Assembly: GCA_028713935.1 (NCBI GenBank)
Contig: JAQTNI010000005.1
Coordinates: 7,582 to 39,581 of the forward strand
Length of the DNA stretch: 32,000 nt
DNA from: Candidatus Iainarchaeum sp.
Lineage (GTDB): Archaea; Iainarchaeota; Iainarchaeia; Iainarchaeales; GCA-2688035
Reading direction: 5' to 3'
The notes below the pieces were generated by a model. That model did not search any database. It was given only the letters and a program-made list of their open reading frames with translations, and was not told where the DNA came from. Shown here piece by piece: positions 23,801 through 29,280 of the stretch (its first letter is position 1; each line of letters opens with the position of its first letter). Both the position numbers and the translations under genes were made by a program.

Positions 23801-24485
23801 GCTGAATTTAAAAAGAATTGTTACGGAAAAAGAAATAAAAATTTCCAGGAGCATGAAAATGTTTTCTCTCCTGAATTCCAAGGCAGAGCAAAAAGGCTTT
23901 TTCAACAAAATAACTCTTTTTATTGAAAACATTTCCGGCAAAAATTTGGACAACTTGGAAATACTGGAAAGCATTCCAAAAGAGTTTGCGGAAAAAGCCT
24001 CACAAATAAAAAGCAATTATCCATTTGAAACAATAAAAGAAGACCCGCTGATAAAATTCAATTTGCCAACGCTTTCTGCTGGAAAAAAAGTGGAAATAAC
24101 TTATGACTTCAACAATACAAGCCAAACAAAGCAAAAAATAGAGGAAGCATTCAACAAATTGGAAGCGCCGGCAGTACTCATTGCAATGACTGAAAAAGAC
24201 AATTGTTTGGGAGTTTTATGCAATGATTCTAACTCCTGCACAGTTGATATCTGCATCGAAGGCGGATGCGCTTACAAGCCAAAATGTGTAAACGGGGCAA
24301 TTTGTGACAATGGCAAGTGCATCAGGGCAACAGAAACACAACAGCCAATCCAGGAACAAGAAAAAACAATGCAAACAGACTCAATAATTATTGTAATAGT
24401 AACAGTGATTGGGATTATTGCTATTGCGATTATAGCCCGCGCTGCCAGGAAGAAAAAGAAAAAGCACAACTTAAGCGGCTGGTAA
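20886..24485 (+). CDS. Giant (~1200 aa) surface protein: signal peptide, duplicated Ig-like modules, lectin/CBM-like domain, Cys-rich modules, C-terminal TM anchor
   Basis: - Signal peptide: IILFGLFLVFFCAEVLA.
- Two ~120-aa modules end in PDGNYF/Y...(I/V)DN.AP.(I/V)S.
- GSWSTITNSSAYGGSYIYSSQVGATATITFTGNKITLL...ANVKIDG resembles sugar-binding jelly-roll domains.
- Cys-rich modules: ICGNGYCHYAFETCSSCPADCGAC and CLGVLCNDSNSCTVDICIEGGCAYKPKC.
- C-terminal TM helix plus KKKKK.
- ATG at 20886 is preferred over TTG at 20868. Confidence 0.8.
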   Translation: MSRNIILFGLFLVFFCAEVLATQSIAVIAPNGAQDLNGIIDVQLSIQNADDTFNLDLNISSSNDQNGLVVFNDVNWSYLSCSANTFIASPATCHFALQTRKYPDGNYFVRAALDDGGTVAADASDSSFYIDNHAPKISFGTVGTDKTVSFQVNDNSYLDNNIMAVYEDTNTIRVYMDRGLPNALQWGMHRIDSNNVWGMTHATIGTMFGQQEFFDNLDTAHVSTTGSWSTITNSSAYGGSYIYSSQVGATATITFTGNKITLLTARNTLGGQANVKIDGRSDLANLLPVDVNGNAFITFYWGSGLDRNAQIPIADDLNSGTHQLVITHRYNSAYPSGVTYVSGAVDQNYLYSFSNPSSFVSKQKIVDGTYAGTANEYVFYYTGGGFMGNGHANDKIQWDADGQEIELLLDGIPTTMNVGDVNIVHSFEFDENSFLSRPTGALDQNIGDVQRKEIFTSAGLDVNYSVRWFNTDTPYSLGNNASCYIAMLPIVGDYNTSQFGTINGTRYLFLKNGTYVGNVIATSALFTTSYSNLYSALEIMNPENSYTPFSGRGTLILSYANNTIDKAYFDICQGAAITPTENQTFTVQSRYTVDYNTASTGTPITITATLSPGTGTFNQETDCTGSSQASCSYTENGIVSGNNTLSVTAADNLGSSSTALSSFYFPFPPDGNIAKIDGYPDNQALPVFSYVRDGNLTIDFNVQNIDVNNLLVDLNYSSQKTQGTGTVIVADLNLNTLGTTGAYHCEDTNFLNATDCGIDWNIATVPDGNYYLLLLVKDGVNTDFNSSDNNFMVDNTAPTVSISSPTDGSTSTSSTVTLQYSGSDSNSGIARYWVAVDSNAAGSFIDNNLNASYSFTGQVNGIHVYYVKATDNADNNSSDANVTVTVSVSGENNNGSGEICGNGYCHYAFETCSSCPADCGACQTAGDNGNGQESGQGALTVKQEESAFLEKEYFSFVDGSIGIIEEGNENLGLNLKRIVTEKEIKISRSMKMFSLLNSKAEQKGFFNKITLFIENISGKNLDNLEILESIPKEFAEKASQIKSNYPFETIKEDPLIKFNLPTLSAGKKVEITYDFNNTSQTKQKIEEAFNKLEAPAVLIAMTEKDNCLGVLCNDSNSCTVDICIEGGCAYKPKCVNGAICDNGKCIRATETQQPIQEQEKTMQTDSIIIVIVTVIGIIAIAIIARAARKKKKKHNLSGW

Positions 24486-24505
24486 CAGAAAATTTTTTTT
24501 GGAAT

Positions 24506-24673
24506 TTATAAAAGATTTTTTATTACCAGAAGAACCACTATTACTATTATTGCAAGCCCAATAAAAAATTCCGGAGTAATTTTCGGGCCTGGTGTCTCCG
24601 CATCAAAAAAGCGCATTATCCCAATGCTGCTGCTTGGCCCTGAAACATTCGGGCCTGACTGAAATTTTACCAT
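24506..24673 (-). CDS. secG: Preprotein translocase subunit Sec61-beta (archaeal SecG), 55 aa: MVKFQSGPNVSGPSSSIGIMRFFDAETPGPKITPEFFIGLAIIVIVVLLVIKNLL
   Basis: It has the hallmark (G)-I/L-M-R-F/Y-F-D-x-E...GPKI-x-P motif followed by a single C-terminal TM helix. It is below the ORF-track length cut-off. Confidence 0.7.
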   Translation of the reverse strand: MVKFQSGPNVSGPSSSIGIMRFFDAETPGPKITPEFFIGLAIIVIVVLLVIKNLL

Positions 24674-24824
24674 AACAAAATCAACCCTTTCAATTCATTA
24701 ATTCAATAATCAATAAACCTAATAGATTATTATACTGGTTAGGAATAAAAATAATAGTGTTTAAGCCTTTCGAAGCGCTCGCTGATGCTCGCTTTCGAAA
24801 ATCTTGGAAAACTAAGTGTTTGGC

Positions 24825-25835
24825 ATGGAAACAGAAAAACTAATGAAAACTGCTTCCCACGCAGTTCTGCTCGTTGTTTTGGTGCTGGTCCTGCTTGGAA
24901 TTCTCACCTGGACAGGTGTTTTGAGGCCAAGCCAGGTCCCAGTAGTTGGAAAAGCCTGGTGCAGTGTTTACTGGGGAGTAATGGGTTATTCCACTGGCGG
25001 CCCAAAAGTGCTTATTGTTTATGGCGATGACGGCCTTGGAAATCCAGATGGCCCTTGCGAAGCAGGCCTGCAGCAATGCAGCCTGAAAGAAATTCTTGCA
25101 AACCCAGAAATTTTAGGGGTAAGGGCTGACACAATGCGCTTAAGCAGCGTGAATCTCGGCAACCTTAAAAGTTACAGCCTTGTAATTGTTGAAAAAGCAA
25201 AAACAATGGAAACAAAATATATGCGGGCTTTCATTGATTATTATGCACAAGGAGGAAGATTAGTCTGGACAGGAGATGCAGGAACAGAACTGGGGCATGA
25301 TGATGAATATTTGTATACAAATGAAAGAAGCGAAACAGACGCAAACCAGATAATAGGGCCATGGGCGCGCAAGCAGGGCGATGTGGCTGTTTCACTTGAC
25401 CAATTGCTTTCAGTGGAATACACTGCAAATTACTGCACAATAAAAACCTGCCCAGCAGGCCAGGCAATTTATGTTGGAAAATTATCCCCTGAACCAACCG
25501 GAACACACCCGCTTATTTTTGGAATGGGCAATAATCTCCCACTGTATGTTTTCAAAGATGAGGATTTTTCAGTTGTAGAAACAATTGCAGGCGGAATAAC
25601 AACACAAGCCCTTACTCTTGATGTCCAATCAAACCTCGTGGGAACAAACGGCAAGGATTATGGAAACCAGCTTCCCCTGATTGTTGCAAGCGGAATGGGA
25701 GACAGGGCAGTTTACTATGCCTTGCCACCAGAATACTATGCAAACCCAAAGCTTTACAATTCCACAAAGCCAGGAACTCCAGGCCCGTATTTTTTGCCAA
25801 TAGAAAATTTGTACTATGGCATGATTTGCGGATAA
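24825..25835 (+). CDS. N-terminally membrane-anchored extracytoplasmic protein with a flavodoxin/GATase1-like (ThuA/DUF4159-like) module
   Basis: The TM helix is HAVLLVVLVLVLLGILTW. KVLIVYGDD...YSLVIVEKAKTM...FIDYYAQGGRLVWTGDAG fits the strand-helix pattern of class-I-amidotransferase-like sensor/anchor domains. ATG at 24825 is preferred. Confidence 0.6.
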   Translation: METEKLMKTASHAVLLVVLVLVLLGILTWTGVLRPSQVPVVGKAWCSVYWGVMGYSTGGPKVLIVYGDDGLGNPDGPCEAGLQQCSLKEILANPEILGVRADTMRLSSVNLGNLKSYSLVIVEKAKTMETKYMRAFIDYYAQGGRLVWTGDAGTELGHDDEYLYTNERSETDANQIIGPWARKQGDVAVSLDQLLSVEYTANYCTIKTCPAGQAIYVGKLSPEPTGTHPLIFGMGNNLPLYVFKDEDFSVVETIAGGITTQALTLDVQSNLVGTNGKDYGNQLPLIVASGMGDRAVYYALPPEYYANPKLYNSTKPGTPGPYFLPIENLYYGMICG

Positions 25836-25862
25836 AGCCCGCAATGCTGTTTAGGTGACACA

Positions 25863-26993
25863 ATGAAAATCTTTCCAAATGTGCCAATTGTTTACAAAAA
25901 CAATTTTCCAAAAAATTTTGTTAATGATGTGAACGGCTGGGGCTTTTCAAAAAAAGAACTGGCAGAAAACAAGGGAAAAATTCTTACTCTTGACATTGAT
26001 TTTGGAAATTCCTGCAGCCTTAATTGCCCCCACTGTTTCAGAAAAAACAACAAAGTTGATTCTGAAAAAAACAATCTGCTGAAATATGAGGATATAATTG
26101 GTATTATTAACCAGGCAAAAAAGCTTGGCCTGAAAACAGTGAAATTTTTGGGAGCTGGAGAGCCCTTTGAAAGCCCAAGGTTTTTGGAGTTTCTCGGATT
26201 TCTAAAAAAGTCAAATGTCACTCCGCTTATTTTTACAAAAGGCCATGTAATCGGCGATGACTCGCTTGTAAAAAAATATTATTCCCAGTATGGGCTTGAA
26301 ACAGGCACTGCTCTTATTGAAGAACTAAAAAAAGTGAATGCCAGCATTCTGCTTGGCTTCAATTCTTTTGACACTGAAATTCAGGACAAAATGGTTGGCG
26401 GAATAAAGGGATACACTTTGAAAAGAAACCGTGCCCTGGAATTGCTTGCAGAAGCGGGCTTTAACAAAAACCCGGTAAGAATTGCCTTGATTGCAACGCC
26501 AATAACAAAAACGAATTATTCTGAAATCTTTGAAATTTATTCATGGGCAAGGCAAAGGAATTTGTATATTGTTACCACACCCACAATGATTAGCGGCAGA
26601 TGCTCAAGAGGCGCTGCATGGAAAAAAATAACTCCTTCAAAAAAAGAGCTTGTTGATTTATACGCAAAAATTTACAAATTCAATATTGAAAAAGGAATCC
26701 AGACTCTGGAACAAATAAAAGAAGAAGGAATTTCAGCTTATGCAGGAGTCCATCCCTGTAACCAGGTTGCCTGCGGAATGTATGTTACACTAACAGGAAC
26801 TGTTTTGAGATGCCCTGGCGACGATACAACTGTGCTTGGAAATGTCAGGCAGGAATCCCTCAAGGAAATATGGGAAAAATCCGAGAATTACAAAAGAGCG
26901 GGGATGTTCAATTGTGGCTGCCCTCCAAAGCAAGGCAAATCAATTCCAAAAAATTTCTACTCTGATGTGCTAAAAAAATTGCAAAAAAATTAA
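25863..26993 (+). CDS. Radical SAM enzyme with a C-terminal SPASM/twitch-like Cys cluster
   Basis: CxxxCxxC is in DFGNSCSLNCPHCF. The C-terminal part has CGMYVTLTGTVLRC (a C-x(n)-G-x4-C half-motif) plus FNCGCPP, six Cys in total. AGGTGA lies 5 nt upstream of the ATG, and the gap to the upstream gene is only 27 nt. Confidence 0.85.
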   Translation: MKIFPNVPIVYKNNFPKNFVNDVNGWGFSKKELAENKGKILTLDIDFGNSCSLNCPHCFRKNNKVDSEKNNLLKYEDIIGIINQAKKLGLKTVKFLGAGEPFESPRFLEFLGFLKKSNVTPLIFTKGHVIGDDSLVKKYYSQYGLETGTALIEELKKVNASILLGFNSFDTEIQDKMVGGIKGYTLKRNRALELLAEAGFNKNPVRIALIATPITKTNYSEIFEIYSWARQRNLYIVTTPTMISGRCSRGAAWKKITPSKKELVDLYAKIYKFNIEKGIQTLEQIKEEGISAYAGVHPCNQVACGMYVTLTGTVLRCPGDDTTVLGNVRQESLKEIWEKSENYKRAGMFNCGCPPKQGKSIPKNFYSDVLKKLQKN

Positions 26994-27150
26994 ATTCAAA
27001 ACCGCAGAAGCCAGCCAAAAAGCTTTTAAATAAGAAAGAGGTTATTGATTACAGCAAAACAATTAAAAACCTTAGAATGCAATAAATAACATAGTAATTA
27101 ACATTTTAATTGGAAAAGATTAATTTGAAAATTTTTGAGGTGTGTTCTGG

Positions 27151-28005
27151 ATGTATCCTGAAGAAGGCGGCGCTGCTCCTCCTGTTATGGAAGGTGGCGG
27201 CATGAGATCTGGTGCTTTGAAAAATCTGGAAGGATTAATACCCCTTATCCTGATTATTGTAATTGCGGCTTTTTTGGGCGCAAAATTTGGCTTATGGAAC
27301 ATTCCTTTTTTGAGCGCTGCAGAGCCAATGCAGGTGCTTGTAATTGGAGAGCCAAGCCCGGAACTTGAAATTATTCTTGACCAGGACAGGGACTTGGCAT
27401 GGTACAGGGTAAAAGACCCTGGCGCGCTTTCAGTGAATCCCGCTGACCAGCTTGCACAATACGATCTGGTGATTCTTGACCAGCATCTTGGCGCAAGCAT
27501 GTATGAAAAATCTATTTCAAGGACTCTCGGAGAAGGCCTTGAAAATTATGTGAGAACAGGCGGAAAGCTTGTTACAATAATGGATTCCGGAATTTACAGG
27601 AGCGGCGGAATTTATGGCACTGGAGTTGCCAGTGATGTTGTTGGATGGACAGCAACTTTCAGGGACATTATTCCTGTTGACTGTGATGCCGGAAGAAACG
27701 GAATCCCAACCTGCACAAACCCGATTCATATAACAGGAAGGGTTTACAGGGAAGATTTTGACAGCAAAATAATGGAAGGCATTGAAGTAGCACCTGCAGA
27801 CCCAAGATATCCTCCCTTGACAATGATTACTTTTGATGTCAAGCCAAACGGAAACCAGGACGCTTACATTAAGAACGAAGTAACTCCAAGCTATTATCCT
27901 GCAATAGTTGAAAAAAGGCTTGTAGTTGGAAAAAGCATTTACTTCAATTACGACCCGGCCTTAACACCAGGAATCTGGGAAAACACCTTGGAATACCTGA
28001 GATAA
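27151..28005 (+). CDS. N-terminally membrane-anchored extracytoplasmic protein, distant paralog of 24825..25835
   Basis: The TM helix is LIPLILIIVIAAFLGA. MQVLVIGEPS...YDLVILDQHLG...LENYVRTGGKLVTIMDSG occurs in the same order as in the upstream protein. GAGGTG lies 8 nt before ATG 27151. Confidence 0.6.
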   Translation: MYPEEGGAAPPVMEGGGMRSGALKNLEGLIPLILIIVIAAFLGAKFGLWNIPFLSAAEPMQVLVIGEPSPELEIILDQDRDLAWYRVKDPGALSVNPADQLAQYDLVILDQHLGASMYEKSISRTLGEGLENYVRTGGKLVTIMDSGIYRSGGIYGTGVASDVVGWTATFRDIIPVDCDAGRNGIPTCTNPIHITGRVYREDFDSKIMEGIEVAPADPRYPPLTMITFDVKPNGNQDAYIKNEVTPSYYPAIVEKRLVVGKSIYFNYDPALTPGIWENTLEYLR

Positions 28006-28039
28006 GTTTTCCTTTCTTTTTCTTTTTTTTTATGCTTGT

Positions 28040-28215
28040 GAGCGGAGCGAACCACATTTGCTTCGCAAACTGTTTCTTTCCCACGTTGTAAAGCAATGCT
28101 TTACGACGCGTCACAAACCCTGGGTTTGCAACGAGGCTTTTTATGAATCAACTCTTTTGCGAAGTAAAAGATTTCTTTCCCAAGCCTTTCTTTCTTCAGA
28201 AAGAAAGGCTTTTTT
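28040..28215 (+). ncRNA. Candidate structured small RNA or leader (multiple hairpins closed by a long-range helix, ending in a terminator-like hairpin + T6)
   Basis: - Long-range helix: TTGCTTCGCAA (28058-68) pairs with TTGCGAAGTAA (28157-67).
- H1: 28084-28108, 10 bp.
- H2: 28114-28128.
- H3: AGCCTTTCTTTCT-TC-AGAAAGAAAGGCT (28183-28210), followed by T-run 28210-28215.
- Direct repeat TTTCTTTCCCA at 28073 and 28172.
- The strand assignment is tentative. Confidence 0.3.
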
Positions 28216-28296
28216 AATGTTTTGAACAAGGTATTTTTCAGACAGCACTGCTTTGCAGTGTTAGCGGTTCAATGTGTATCTTTGGGGGTGTAATCA

Positions 28297-28581
28297 ATGG
28301 CTGAATTGAAAAGCAATGAAAACATTGTTTTTGTAGGACAGAAAGGAACAATGAGTTATGTGCTGGCAGTAGTGACCCAGATGAACCAGGGAGCCAGTGA
28401 AGTTTTGGTTAAAGCAAGGGGAAAAGCAATCAGCAGGGCAGTTGATGTTGCAGAGATAGTCAAGAACAAATTCATGACAACTGCAAACACTGACAGCATA
28501 AAGATTTCAACAGAGGAAATTTCAACAGATGAAGGAAACCCTTTGAAATTGTCCGCTATTGAAATCAAAATCATAAAGTAA
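28297..28581 (+). CDS. albA: Alba (Sso10b-type) DNA/RNA-binding chromatin protein
   Basis: [49 protein letters not shown] is typical of Alba. GGGGGTG lies 7 nt upstream of the ATG. Confidence 0.9.
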   Translation: MAELKSNENIVFVGQKGTMSYVLAVVTQMNQGASEVLVKARGKAISRAVDVAEIVKNKFMTTANTDSIKISTEEISTDEGNPLKLSAIEIKIIK

Positions 28582-28586
28582 AAATT

Positions 28587-28636
28587 GCTTTTTTTTCCGA
28601 AGGTTAATTTTTTTTCCTTCGAGTTTCTTTTTTTTA
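28587..28636 (+). terminator. T-runs and a CGAAGG/CCTTCG hairpin downstream of albA
   Basis: T8 at 28589-28596, a 6-bp stem (28598-603 with 28616-621), then TTTCTTTTTTTT. Confidence 0.4.
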
Positions 28637-28708
28637 GAATCAGATAGATTTAAATCGGTTTTTCCTTATCCTTTCTTTGTAATTGGAAATTTTTTAAGGT
28701 TTTGCTTT

Positions 28709-29200
28709 ATGGATGGGCCTATTTGCTTTGAAGATGCAAAAACAAACCGCTTGTGCAGGATTTGCGAGGCAAAGCTCAAGGCAGGCTTTATCAGCGAGAA
28801 TGACATAAAAATCTGGAAAGAACTGGTTAAGCTTGCCGAAAAAAGCTTTTTGGACCTGGATTTTTTGAACAGCTTTGAATTGAACGGAATGCTTGTGATT
28901 GTCTGCAAAGGCAGCATAGGCGCCTTGATTGGCAAGGGCGGAAAAAACATCAAAGATATGGAGCAAAAGCTTGGAAAAAAAATCCGCATAGTGGAAAAAA
29001 CATCCGATGCCAAAGAAACAGCGCAGGCATTGCTTGGCTATTTGAAAATAGTCGCTGTCAACAAGGTTTTCAGGCCTGATTCTGAAGAACTCAAAATAAT
29101 CCTTTCAAAACAGGATGAAAAAAAGCTCAGGCAGAAAGAAGAAACAGAAAAAATCCTGACAAAGCTTCTTGGCGCAAAAACAACAATTGAATTTGCTTAA
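28709..29200 (+). CDS. KH-domain RNA-binding protein with an N-terminal Cys pair (NusA-like/KH type)
   Basis: GALIGKGGKNIKDMEQKLGKKIRIVE is a KH GxxG motif. The N-terminal C-x(n)-C-x2-C (CFEDAKTNRLCRIC) is zinc-ribbon-like. Confidence 0.7.
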   Translation: MDGPICFEDAKTNRLCRICEAKLKAGFISENDIKIWKELVKLAEKSFLDLDFLNSFELNGMLVIVCKGSIGALIGKGGKNIKDMEQKLGKKIRIVEKTSDAKETAQALLGYLKIVAVNKVFRPDSEELKIILSKQDEKKLRQKEETEKILTKLLGAKTTIEFA

Positions 29201-29280
29201 ACTATTTTTTTTGCCTGCAAAATAATTTATATACCAATAAACAATACTTTAAGGCAACAAAGTTGTTTTTGGAGACTCTG

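Noticed and set aside
28040-28215. Identification of the structured spacer as SRP (7S) RNA or RNase P RNA
   Set aside because: It is too short. It also lacks the SRP helix-8 GGAA/AGCA motifs and the RNase P CR-I/CR-V consensus on either strand. It is kept only as an unclassified ncRNA candidate.
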